Shown: piece after piece, positions 47,329 to 56,357 of the stretch | Layout of the letters: each line of letters starts with the position of its first letter | Numbering within the stretch: position 1 is the first letter of the stretch | Notes under the pieces: generated by a model | Told to the model about the DNA's origin: nothing | The model's input: the letters and a program-made list of their open reading frames with translations, nothing else | The model's database searches: none | Source of the DNA: a virus | Strand: one strand, 5' to 3' | Length of the DNA: 64,000 nucleotides | IMG/VR virus record: IMGVR_UViG_3300035034_001213 | Coordinates: 1 to 64,000 of that record | Made by a program: the position numbers and the translations under genes

Positions 47329-47404
47329 AGCGGTAATTCCCCGTACCCAAAAATAATAAGACGAGGGCGCCCTGGTCTCAGGAGCCCTCGTTGGTGATCC
47401 AAAC

Positions 47405-47875
47405 TCAACTCGCCGGTGACGTACTGCAAAGTCCGGGAAACGATAACGTTTCCCATAACGCAGTTAAGGTGAGTTCCGACTCCGTCCACGCAATGACCGA
47501 CCCAGCCTTGCTAAGCGCCGAAGCTATAAGCGCCGGACTCGACCACTCGTTACGTACCTCACCTTGGTAAAGGACGCTTTGAGGCAGATTGGTCTCTGGC
47601 TTTGAAAGCTGCTGTTGCAAGAACTTTCTTAGGGCACTCGTGTCGAGTACCCTTGTCATGGTGACGGCTCGGTCTGGATACCGTGAATCAAAATTATCCA
47701 GGGTCATGAACATCACCCCAGCTTTCGAATCGATCATGCACACTCGGTCGTTTAACTGAATGGCCACACGATCGCCTGGGCGGTTCGTTAGGGTGCGGCG
47801 AATCTTAGCCAACCACCCAAAATCACTGATGAACCACACTTTGACCCAAGTCTGTTTTCTACCCTTCTTTGTCAT
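47405..47875 (-). CDS. Hypothetical protein
   Basis: Probable start MTKKGRK overlapping the upstream gene. Confidence 0.5.
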   Translation of the reverse strand: MTKKGRKQTWVKVWFISDFGWLAKIRRTLTNRPGDRVAIQLNDRVCMIDSKAGVMFMTLDNFDSRYPDRAVTMTRVLDTSALRKFLQQQLSKPETNLPQSVLYQGEVRNEWSSPALIASALSKAGSVIAWTESELTLTALWETLSFPGLCSTSPAS

Positions 47876-48110
47876 CGATTTTCTTCCCTGACCACTTCTC
47901 ATAGATGTCCTTGACCGCCTCAACGTCCTTAGTGTTGTTGAATGCGTTACCGATGAGCTTAACGATTTTGTCGTCGATTTCGTTGTCGGTCTTAGCAGCC
48001 ATCTTAACCAAAAGAGAAACGATGATCTGCTTAACGGCCTTGTTGCCAAGAAGACTCACGATAACAACGCCAATTTTACCGAGGATGCTGTCTTTCTGTT
48101 GTTCGCTCAT
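47859..48110 (-). CDS. Small amphipathic/membrane protein (TDNxIDD motif), possible holin-like
   Basis: AGGAG RBS; hydrophobic N-half; AKTDNEIDDKIV. Confidence 0.5.
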   Translation of the reverse strand: MSEQQKDSILGKIGVVIVSLLGNKAVKQIIVSLLVKMAAKTDNEIDDKIVKLIGNAFNNTKDVEAVKDIYEKWSGKKIDDKEG

Positions 48111-48181
48111 TGCTTAGCTCCTGTTTTTCGAAAAAAGAAATACTGTCATATCATTTCCAAGGTTTGGGGACTACCACAGAC

Positions 48182-49057
48182 CTAAGGGGTAAGTGTGGGT
48201 AATTGGGAAGGATTGATGTCGCTGTTCAGAGCAAAGTCAGACACTGCGTTCTCATCAATCGCTCTGGATAGATCCCACGTGCTGAGGTCGTCTGTCATAC
48301 CGGTACTGTTGGCAAAGAATGAGTTTGCATTAGCGATGTTGGTGGTCGTCCAATGCGCCAGCCGCAAGGGTTCAACCAATGACGTCCCACGGAACATATT
48401 CGAGGCATCGGAAGCGGTTCTGAAATGAGGCTCGTCTGTGGCCGTGACGCTGAAGTTTCTCTTGGCGTCGAACGCGTTGGCCCAATTGTCCATAATGAAC
48501 TCAGCACCCCACGCCTCGATATCCACCAACCAATCTCGGTCGTCTATCAAGCTGCCGCTGGAGTCGTAAGAGCCTTCGGCAGTGCCTGTGACTCGAACTC
48601 GGTAACTCCCAGGCTCCTCGTACGTGTGTGAGGGTTTGGCGCCATTAACGAAATCCTCCATGCTACCGTCGCCCCACTTGATCGTACCGGTGAAGTTAAT
48701 AAAGCTTAACTCCACAGTAGCGTTCTCAGCATCGACCTTATCGGTCTTCACCAGCCAGACCATTGGATTGCCCAAGATACCGGTCATCAAAATAGCGGCA
48801 ATCTCACTGCGTCTCAACTCGCCCATCAATTCTGGGTTTGAGAAGAACTCGTCGGTGAACATCGATGGGTTGTCCCGTTTAGCTTGAAGTACTACCCACG
48901 CAAAAGCATCGCCTTCGTTTTGCGCTAAGGATAGAGCCGAATCAAGATTCGCTCGAGTAATAAGACCGTCAGCAAAATCGAGAACGGCCTGCTTGTAGGC
49001 ATCGATCGCTGAGTTCATCTCGGTACATTTAACGTTTACATCTGCCAGCGTTGCCAT
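48182..49057 (-). CDS. PKD-like plus DUF285/BspA-like repeat protein
   Basis: IKWGDG...SHTYEEPGSYRVRVTG; DIEAWG, SNMFRG, LAHWTTTN, DLSTWDLSR. Confidence 0.65.
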   Translation of the reverse strand: MATLADVNVKCTEMNSAIDAYKQAVLDFADGLITRANLDSALSLAQNEGDAFAWVVLQAKRDNPSMFTDEFFSNPELMGELRRSEIAAILMTGILGNPMVWLVKTDKVDAENATVELSFINFTGTIKWGDGSMEDFVNGAKPSHTYEEPGSYRVRVTGTAEGSYDSSGSLIDDRDWLVDIEAWGAEFIMDNWANAFDAKRNFSVTATDEPHFRTASDASNMFRGTSLVEPLRLAHWTTTNIANANSFFANSTGMTDDLSTWDLSRAIDENAVSDFALNSDINPSQLPTLTP

Positions 49058-49095
49058 CGGGTTACCTTAATAAAGACGTGGATTCATAAAATGGG

Positions 49096-49130
49096 AATAA
49101 GAGGAGGCCCGAAGGCCTCCTCTATTTTTT
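49096..49130. terminator. Terminator after the desaturase array
   Basis: AGAGGAGGCC-CGAA-GGCCTCCTCT. Confidence 0.8.
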
Positions 49131-49934
49131 CGTCGCGGCTTTCAAAACATCGCTCAAATCGCAGGCGTCGTGGCCACGTCTAGGTTTCTTTATCAACCAA
49201 ATTACCCAAGCGGCTGGATCGATCTCCCACCATTTTATTTGCGTGTTCCAACGAGTTGGATACATGTGATGGTTGTTGTGCAGTCCATCGCCTAAAGTCA
49301 TTACGTGCATAAACCAACTGTTTCTACTTTCATCGGTTGTGTCGTAGTTACGGTACCCCCACTGATGTCCAGCAACATTGAACAGTCCTTTCAGATGAAA
49401 CATACACGCAGCCGGAATGCAGTATGCGTAAGCTGCGATCTTCCAATCAATCAAAGTCAGGACAAGGCTGAACATCAATAGAATAGGTACGTAGTATTTA
49501 TGCGTAAACTTGAAGAAGGGGTCTTTCAGTTCTTTCTTGATCAACCTGAGTTCAAGGTGCGGTACGTAATCGGTCCAGTCGCTGAACCACGACGTTAAAA
49601 CCCCTCGACCAACAGGACTGTGAGGGTCCTTCTCAGTGTCTGTGTGCTTATGATGCGATCGATGGACCAACGTGTTGGTCAACGGTGAGGCGATGGTGCA
49701 CAACATACCACAGAAGATTAGAAGATACCGAATAGGTGCGTAGGTCTCAAACGAGTTGTGGGCAAGCATGCGGTGGTAGCCTATCGTGACTCCTAAGAAT
49801 CCGTATGTTAAATAGGCGATCAACGAGACCTGAAGCCAAAACCACCAACCATTATACACTGCCGCAGAAATGAACGACAATGCTCCAATCTGCAACGCGA
49901 GCTGCAAGTACTTCAGTTGTCGAACTTCAGACAT
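49122..49934 (-). CDS. Membrane fatty-acid desaturase, copy 5
   Basis: HRMLAH, HRSHH, DPHSP, GDGLHNNHH, WWEIDP. Confidence 0.92.
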   Translation of the reverse strand: MSEVRQLKYLQLALQIGALSFISAAVYNGWWFWLQVSLIAYLTYGFLGVTIGYHRMLAHNSFETYAPIRYLLIFCGMLCTIASPLTNTLVHRSHHKHTDTEKDPHSPVGRGVLTSWFSDWTDYVPHLELRLIKKELKDPFFKFTHKYYVPILLMFSLVLTLIDWKIAAYAYCIPAACMFHLKGLFNVAGHQWGYRNYDTTDESRNSWFMHVMTLGDGLHNNHHMYPTRWNTQIKWWEIDPAAWVIWLIKKPRRGHDACDLSDVLKAATKK

Positions 49935-49946
49935 TAGTCTTCTCCA

Positions 49947-50705
49947 CTATGTCGGTTTTTTGATAAGCCAGATTATCCAAGCCGCTGGGTCTAGTTCCCA
50001 CCAGCGAATTTGAGTGTTCCAACGACCGGGGTATTTATGGTGGTTGTTGTGCCACCCGTCGCCGAACGACAATATGTGCATTGGCCAACAGTTGCGACTA
50101 TCCTCGTCAGTATCAAACGATCGATACCCCCAGGAGTGACCGAAGACGTTTGAAAACCCTTTGTAATGATAAAAGAACAAAGCCGGTACGCAGTACAAGT
50201 ACACAGCTACTTTCCAATCAACCAATGCCAGCATTACCACAAACAACAATAAGATTGTAGCGTAATGTTGATGCGTGAACTTAAAGAAGGGGTCTTTCAA
50301 CTCCTTTCTAGCGGTTCGAAGATCTAACTTCAAATCAATGCCCATCCAGTCTCCAAACCAAGTTCCTTTGTATCCCATTACGCTTGGACTGTGTGGGTCC
50401 CTAGCTCGGTCTGTGTGTTTGTGATGCGATCGGTGAACCAGTACGCCAGTCAACGGTGAGGATACCGAACACAGCATTCCACAGAAGATCAGCAGATACC
50501 GAATGGGAGCGTAGGTCTCAAACGAGTTGTGGGCAAGCATGCGGTGGTAGCCTATCGTCGTTCCAAGAACACCCACAACAAAATACACCAATAGTGCCCA
50601 ACCAAACCACGACCACATCTCTTGATAGATCCCATAAGGAATGGCCACAATCGCAATCGCGTGTGTGGCGATTTGAAAATATTTCAATTTGGTTGACGGT
50701 TGCAT
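49947..50705 (-). CDS. Membrane fatty-acid desaturase, copy 4
   Basis: HRMLAH, HRSHH, DPHSP, GDGWHNNHH; TAATG-coupled start. Confidence 0.92.
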   Translation of the reverse strand: MQPSTKLKYFQIATHAIAIVAIPYGIYQEMWSWFGWALLVYFVVGVLGTTIGYHRMLAHNSFETYAPIRYLLIFCGMLCSVSSPLTGVLVHRSHHKHTDRARDPHSPSVMGYKGTWFGDWMGIDLKLDLRTARKELKDPFFKFTHQHYATILLLFVVMLALVDWKVAVYLYCVPALFFYHYKGFSNVFGHSWGYRSFDTDEDSRNCWPMHILSFGDGWHNNHHKYPGRWNTQIRWWELDPAAWIIWLIKKPT

Positions 50706-51463
50706 TAGTACCTCGGTTTCTTTATCAAACGGATAACGACGGTTGGAATATCGACTTCCCACCAACGATCCCAGTTGTTCCAGTCGTTAGGGCGTGCATG
50801 ATGATTGTTGTGAAATCCTTCACCGCCTAATAACCAAGACACTAGCAACGAGTTGACTGACGCATCGTCCGTATCGTAGTTTCGATAGCCCGACGTATGG
50901 ATCCACGCGTTTGCAAAACCAAAGAGGATTCTTAGTAATGCAATCGGTAGTGCATACGCAAACAAAAACAAACGCCAATCGATGACTAACAGCAACGCTA
51001 CCCAACTGTAGATGATCTTAAAGTACTGGCGGTGAAAGAACAACATGTCTGGATCTCGAGTCAGATCCCGTATCGAACGAGGCGAACACTTCGACGTATC
51101 CATACCGATCGAGAACCAGGCTCTGAAGAACCCCATTGTCTTAGGACTGTGTGGATCTCCAGGTTTATCTGGGTACATGTGATGGGTTCTGTGTACCATG
51201 GCCCAAGTGACTGGTGAACCAAGACACATCAATGTACCACAGAACAGTAGAAACCACCGAACCGGAGTGTACGTAACAAAGCTGCGGTGCGATACGTATC
51301 GATGAAAGCCAACCGCGTTACCAAAGACGCTGAGAGTCAAGTAAACTCCCAACGTCCACCACAGCCAATGCCATTGCTGACTGTGGATTAGGTAAGTAAC
51401 CGCGACTATTCCAAAGACCGCATTGAACATCGTCAGTATGTTCGACTTGCGAGCTTCAGTCAT
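50705..51463 (-). CDS. Membrane fatty-acid desaturase, copy 3
   Basis: HRYVSH, HRTHH, DPHSP, GEGFHNNHH; AGGAG RBS. Confidence 0.92.
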   Translation of the reverse strand: MTEARKSNILTMFNAVFGIVAVTYLIHSQQWHWLWWTLGVYLTLSVFGNAVGFHRYVSHRSFVTYTPVRWFLLFCGTLMCLGSPVTWAMVHRTHHMYPDKPGDPHSPKTMGFFRAWFSIGMDTSKCSPRSIRDLTRDPDMLFFHRQYFKIIYSWVALLLVIDWRLFLFAYALPIALLRILFGFANAWIHTSGYRNYDTDDASVNSLLVSWLLGGEGFHNNHHARPNDWNNWDRWWEVDIPTVVIRLIKKPRY

Positions 51464-51473
51464 AGAGGTTCTC

Positions 51474-52271
51474 CTAGGCGGTTCTGTGTTTGGGCAAAGG
51501 ATGACCACGATGATGAATCAACTTAATGACCTGAGCCGGAATGTCCCATTCCCACCAACGTTCACGTGTATTCCACCGCGACGGATGCGCGTGATGATTG
51601 TTATGCCAACCTTCACCCATGGTCATGACGTTAGCGATCCAACTGTTCAAGCTGGTGTCGCCTTCCAACTGATGGTTACGATACCCATGAAGATGTGGGA
51701 TGACCACGATACCGCTGGCGCTGTGTAATGACAACACGGCCGGTAAAGCGTAGACGAAAGCTACCCCTTGCCAACCCAAGGTCAGGAACAGCAAGAGCGT
51801 CCAACCTGCCAACACATGGAAGTAGTAGTTATGCGTCCAGATGTATAAGGGATCCCGTCTCATCGTCTTCGAGACTCGACCAGCTTGTCGAAATCCTGAA
51901 GTATTCCAAGCACCGAACCATGCTTTCAATGGTCCTATGGCGTGTGGACTGTGCGGGTCGTGTTCACCATCCGTGTGAATGTGGTGGATGCGATGCACAA
52001 TGGACCAGGCCATCGGAGAACCCACGGTAGTGATGATGCCACAGAACATCAAAACGTATTCAACCGGTCGGTATGTCTTAAACGCCCCGTGCGCTAAGAA
52101 ACGATGAAACCCAACATTGATTCCTAGGATACCGATTACCCAATAGGTCAACCATGCGGTCAACAACCACATCCATTCACCCATGTAGATCGCCCAGCCC
52201 ACTGCAGGAATGGCAATTAGATGCGTGACTACTTGGAGCAGTCGTACACCGTTGTTGTGTGTCAATTTCAT
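51474..52271 (-). CDS. Membrane fatty-acid desaturase, copy 2
   Basis: HRFLAH, HRIHH, DPHSP, GEGWHNNHH. Confidence 0.92.
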   Translation of the reverse strand: MKLTHNNGVRLLQVVTHLIAIPAVGWAIYMGEWMWLLTAWLTYWVIGILGINVGFHRFLAHGAFKTYRPVEYVLMFCGIITTVGSPMAWSIVHRIHHIHTDGEHDPHSPHAIGPLKAWFGAWNTSGFRQAGRVSKTMRRDPLYIWTHNYYFHVLAGWTLLLFLTLGWQGVAFVYALPAVLSLHSASGIVVIPHLHGYRNHQLEGDTSLNSWIANVMTMGEGWHNNHHAHPSRWNTRERWWEWDIPAQVIKLIHHRGHPLPKHRTA

Positions 52272-52273
52272 TA

Positions 52274-53035
52274 CTACCCTCTCTTCTTGATAAGTCGAAT
52301 AAACATTGCGGTAGGATCAAGTTCCCACCATCTATGTTGAAGATTCCATTGACTGGGAAACGTGTGATGGTTGTTGTGCCACCCTTCGCCAACCGATAAG
52401 ATGTTGCAAAGCCAGCTGTTCTTTGAATGATCGTTATCTGGGTAGTTTTGATACCCCCAAGAATGACTCATAATCGATAGACAGAAGCCTACTACGAACG
52501 AATGCAGCGCCGCTGGAACGATGTACACGGCCAGAAGCCACTCAGGCCCTCCGAACAATAACAGTCCAAGACCATAAAGCGCATTCAATAAAAAATAATG
52601 CGTGTGAACCCAAAACATGATCGGATCACGAACCACGTCTCTGACGGAAACCCGCCGGTCTTGCATGTCGACGTATTTCAAACACAGAAGCGCTTTCCAG
52701 AAACCCATGTGACGATGACAATGTGGGTCCTTAGGCGTCTCGGTATAACGATGATGAACTCGATGCATCCAGGCCCAACTGATGGGAGTTCCCATCGCCA
52801 AAGGCACACTCATCAACGCCATGATCAATTCAATGGGTCGGTACGTCTTGTAGCTTCGATGCGAAACGTATCGATGCATGTACGCGTTGAACCCAATGCA
52901 TTGTTGAACACAATAGACACCGAGGGTTACCCAGAGCAACTCAGGGAAGGCCACCGCCAAGTAGATAACACTTGGAATAAACGCTAACCATAACCCGTTT
53001 CTAAAGACGTTCAATCGTTGTACGCTATACTCCAT
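52274..53035 (-). CDS. Membrane fatty-acid desaturase, copy 1
   Basis: HRYVSH, HRVHH, DPHC, GEGWHNNHH, WWELDP. Confidence 0.92.
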   Translation of the reverse strand: MEYSVQRLNVFRNGLWLAFIPSVIYLAVAFPELLWVTLGVYCVQQCIGFNAYMHRYVSHRSYKTYRPIELIMALMSVPLAMGTPISWAWMHRVHHRYTETPKDPHCHRHMGFWKALLCLKYVDMQDRRVSVRDVVRDPIMFWVHTHYFLLNALYGLGLLLFGGPEWLLAVYIVPAALHSFVVGFCLSIMSHSWGYQNYPDNDHSKNSWLCNILSVGEGWHNNHHTFPSQWNLQHRWWELDPTAMFIRLIKKRG

Positions 53036-54221
53036 ATCTGGTGACTCCTAAAACACTGTTCAATCCACCAAAGCCAAATGCGTTCTTGATAAACGAATTG
53101 ACTGGACCAGTAACTTGGTGTTTGGGAAGGTTAATCGGTTTTATGTCGGGGTCAGCTTCGAATTTACCGTTTGAGATGATAAACTCATACTTCATTTGAT
53201 ACAAGCTGTAGATCAACTCAATAATGCCAGACGCCGTGAGGGTGTGACCAATCAAACGTTTAAACGCAACGACTGGAATCTCATTGCCAATCACGTTTGA
53301 GATTGCTTCTGCTTCAACGACATCGCCATTAGGGGTTGAGGTCGCGTGTGCTGAGATGAAATCCGGACGGTGTCCCAACATAGCCATCTTACCTAAAACC
53401 TCAGACATGGACGCTGAGGCCCCCTCACCGGAAGGGTTCGTCATGTCTTCGCCGTCTGAATAATCAGCGTAGGCTATAGGCTGACCATACGCTTTAGTAC
53501 CACCACGTTGACGGAAGTATTCTTCCGATTCGAGAATAACACACCCGCCACCTTCACCATGTGTAAACCCACCACGATGTTTGACAAACGGCACACTGGC
53601 GTACGCTAGGTCGTCGCCTCGATAGAGTGCTCTCATGGCATCAAAGCCACGCATACCCTCATCGATGTATTTTTCAGTACTTACACAAATAACCACATCT
53701 GCACGACCAAGTTCGATCAGATCCATACCTTGGGTCACCGCGCGTAGTCCTGTAGCACACGCGTGTTGCACTGTGTGCGTTGGGCCTTTCAACTTAAGAA
53801 CGGTAGAGAGAGGTCCAGTTACAACCGTCGGAAGAGTCTTCATGAGATCAAACGGTTTGACCCGTGGGAAGTCCTTCTGAACAATACTACGCATGGAAGG
53901 CATGTCGCCAGCACCGCTGCCTGAGCACAAGGCTACTCGTCGAGTATTTATGTCGTCTAAACACAACCCCGCGTCCGCTAATGCGTCTAGTACTACTGCG
54001 TAGGAGATGTTTAAATGATCCATTTGATAACTACGAGGAATCCCGGGCGCCAGTAACCGTGAGTCGTCAATGCATTTGGAAACACTGCTCGCCTTGTTCC
54101 TGGGATCGTTACTTTCGTACCGTTGGATCGAAACTGTCTCTTGTTTCAGATTGCCAACAATTTCTCCCTCCCAACGTCCAATTGAGGTAATACACCCCAC
54201 ACCCGTTATTACACAACTCAT
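53025..54221 (-). CDS. Beta-ketoacyl-ACP synthase (FabF/FabB type)
   Basis: VITGVG, catalytic HACATG, GEGGG, HATST, KRLIGHT and NAFGFGG; Cys-His-His triad intact. Confidence 0.92.
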   Translation of the reverse strand: MSCVITGVGCITSIGRWEGEIVGNLKQETVSIQRYESNDPRNKASSVSKCIDDSRLLAPGIPRSYQMDHLNISYAVVLDALADAGLCLDDINTRRVALCSGSGAGDMPSMRSIVQKDFPRVKPFDLMKTLPTVVTGPLSTVLKLKGPTHTVQHACATGLRAVTQGMDLIELGRADVVICVSTEKYIDEGMRGFDAMRALYRGDDLAYASVPFVKHRGGFTHGEGGGCVILESEEYFRQRGGTKAYGQPIAYADYSDGEDMTNPSGEGASASMSEVLGKMAMLGHRPDFISAHATSTPNGDVVEAEAISNVIGNEIPVVAFKRLIGHTLTASGIIELIYSLYQMKYEFIISNGKFEADPDIKPINLPKHQVTGPVNSFIKNAFGFGGLNSVLGVTRYGV

Positions 54222-54278
54222 ACCGATGTCCTATCTCAAGATGAGGTGTCTCCGATGAAACACCCATCGATTGGTTTA

Positions 54279-54806
54279 CTAGATGTACTCGATCTCGATA
54301 GCCCCGACCTGCGCGCCATTGGACCCAGCATTGATCGTAACCGGTGTACCGCTTAGGGTAATGATTTCAACACCCACAACCGGCTGGCCATCGATATCGA
54401 TATCACCCTCGGCTACAGAGAGAAATCCCAATATCGACAGAGTCGTAGATTCGTTGGGACCGAGGATTAGGCGATGCGGTGCCAGCTGTCGATGGTTGGT
54501 GTTAAACGTATCTAGACAATACCCAACGGTTCCGTCTTCCTGAATGGTCATTCGACTCCAATGTGCATTGTGGGTTGTTTGGAAAGGGGTCGATGAGGTG
54601 ATCAAGTCTTCTCTGAACGTGTTTGTCTTTAAAATACTACCAGAGACTATGAACCGACAGTCGTTCGTGGGGACGTAGTCATCAGCTTCCACTTCTACGT
54701 GAGTCGGCTGTTCACCGAAAATAATAGATTCCCCAGTGTCGCCAATAAAGAAAGCAACCGCCACATCACCATCTGGCAGTTTTAAACGATTTAGACGCGT
54801 TCTCAT
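54279..54806 (-). CDS. Hypothetical beta-rich (possibly cupin-like) protein
   Basis: LSVAEGDIDIDG; beta-strand pattern; within the cluster. Confidence 0.5.
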   Translation of the reverse strand: MRTRLNRLKLPDGDVAVAFFIGDTGESIIFGEQPTHVEVEADDYVPTNDCRFIVSGSILKTNTFREDLITSSTPFQTTHNAHWSRMTIQEDGTVGYCLDTFNTNHRQLAPHRLILGPNESTTLSILGFLSVAEGDIDIDGQPVVGVEIITLSGTPVTINAGSNGAQVGAIEIEYI

Positions 54807-54816
54807 TATAACCCCT

Positions 54817-55371
54817 TCATTCTTTTAAATAAACATCAATAGGTATCGCAAGTCTAAGTCCAGGCTCGTGATTCTCAACGCTGTGCTGTAAGTACGATGG
54901 AAAGATAACCAGACCGCCGTGTTCGGTTTTGTATTTGTACGGCTGAAAGTGATTGTTGATCACATCCGTTGGGTATCCTCGAGACGCCAGTCCTCTTGGG
55001 TCAAACAAAGTTAAATACCCTTCCCTTGCCTCCAAGTAATAAATTGCAGAAACGTGGGCACCGCTGTGGTGGTGGATTGGTGTCCCGCACCCGTCGCTGC
55101 TGTTTCTTACCCAGCCAGTCCAGCTGTCTAGTAAAGGTTCGTAATTAAACTGATCCCAGGCGTACTGCATGATCTTGGGGATCAAGGTCTCCTCTACAAA
55201 CTCTTTCAGGTTCGGGTACTGTCTTAGATGCAAACTTCTGGTGTCGTCGATTGGAAGTCCGTCGGTACTCCTCGGTTGCATCATCGCTTCGTAAATCAAC
55301 GTTTCGTGCTGTTTAGAGACGACCGAATCTTCACGTATCGCGACAGTCCATGGATGAACGTCAATTGTCAT
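54817..55371 (-). CDS. Putative 2OG-Fe(II) oxygenase (TIGR02466-like)
   Basis: HHHSGAHVSAIYY, LFDPRG, FPSYLQHSV, RLAI. Confidence 0.82.
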   Translation of the reverse strand: MTIDVHPWTVAIREDSVVSKQHETLIYEAMMQPRSTDGLPIDDTRSLHLRQYPNLKEFVEETLIPKIMQYAWDQFNYEPLLDSWTGWVRNSSDGCGTPIHHHSGAHVSAIYYLEAREGYLTLFDPRGLASRGYPTDVINNHFQPYKYKTEHGGLVIFPSYLQHSVENHEPGLRLAIPIDVYLKE

Positions 55372-55380
55372 GGAATATCC

Positions 55381-55947
55381 TTACTTAGGTTTACTCAAGT
55401 ACAAATCGACTGGAATAGAAATTCTCATCTTTTTATCATGTCCGTCAACGTAGTGTTGAAGATACGACGGGAATACAAGAAGCAATCCTTCTTTTGGATC
55501 TTCGCTGAACAAATTAAAAAATTCATTCCGAACCACCGTCGGGTATCCTCGGCACGCAGACCCTCGGGGGTCGACCAGATTGAGTGCGCCGCCATTGGTA
55601 GTTAATGGATAGTAGATCGCTGACAGAACGGCCCCACTGTGTTCGTGAAGTTTCATACCTTCGCCACCGGTCGTTACTCGGACCCAAGCGTTGTATGTGT
55701 ACTCCACGGCTTCTAATTCCCAGTGCTCGTAAAGATACGACAGCAGCGCTGGGAGAACTCGATCTTCAAGCATCCGATGGATCTGTGGAAACGTCTTTAA
55801 TGAAACGGTGTTGTCATCCAGATCCAGATCGTCGAAGTTTCGGTTTGTAGACCGTATCAGCGCTTCGGTTATCAATTCGTCGTTGTCTACGTTTTCGAGT
55901 ATCTCCCGACGGACCACTGTCCGCCATGGTTCTATATCTTGAAACAT
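55381..55947 (-). CDS. Putative 2OG-Fe(II) oxygenase (TIGR02466-like)
   Basis: HEHSGAVLSAIYY, LVDPRG, FPSYLQHYV, RISI; GGAGG RBS. Confidence 0.82.
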   Translation of the reverse strand: MFQDIEPWRTVVRREILENVDNDELITEALIRSTNRNFDDLDLDDNTVSLKTFPQIHRMLEDRVLPALLSYLYEHWELEAVEYTYNAWVRVTTGGEGMKLHEHSGAVLSAIYYPLTTNGGALNLVDPRGSACRGYPTVVRNEFFNLFSEDPKEGLLLVFPSYLQHYVDGHDKKMRISIPVDLYLSKPK

Positions 55948-56357
55948 GCGGCCTCCGCCATACACTCGTCTTTGAAATATTGGACCGTGAAATCCACCCA
56001 CCGACCTTTTAGGGGAATGTTCTCAATGCCCCCTAAGGCCTCCAATATGATGTCGTACGATTCCTTGTCTTGGGTGTAGGGTACAAAGTATTCATCAGTT
56101 CCGTATAAAAGCATGGGGTCGTTTAAGACCTCATAGAACGGTTCGTTGAAGTGTTCCCAAAGTAACCGAGAATAAATCAAAGCAACCGCGTATGACTTTC
56201 CTGGATAAACCGATTCTTCCCGAGGGTCTAACAAATACTCCAAAGCCGGACCTACGACGTCTTCTCGATCAATGATCGTCTCAAAGTTTTCGACAGCGTC
56301 GGTGTGGACTTGGGTCATAAGGTGATATAGCTTCTGATTGGCTTTCCATTCTTTCAT
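55932..56357 (-). CDS. Hypothetical protein of the radical SAM cluster
   Basis: ATGA-coupled to the upstream radical SAM gene. Confidence 0.6.
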   Translation of the reverse strand: MKEWKANQKLYHLMTQVHTDAVENFETIIDREDVVGPALEYLLDPREESVYPGKSYAVALIYSRLLWEHFNEPFYEVLNDPMLLYGTDEYFVPYTQDKESYDIILEALGGIENIPLKGRWVDFTVQYFKDECMAEAACFKI

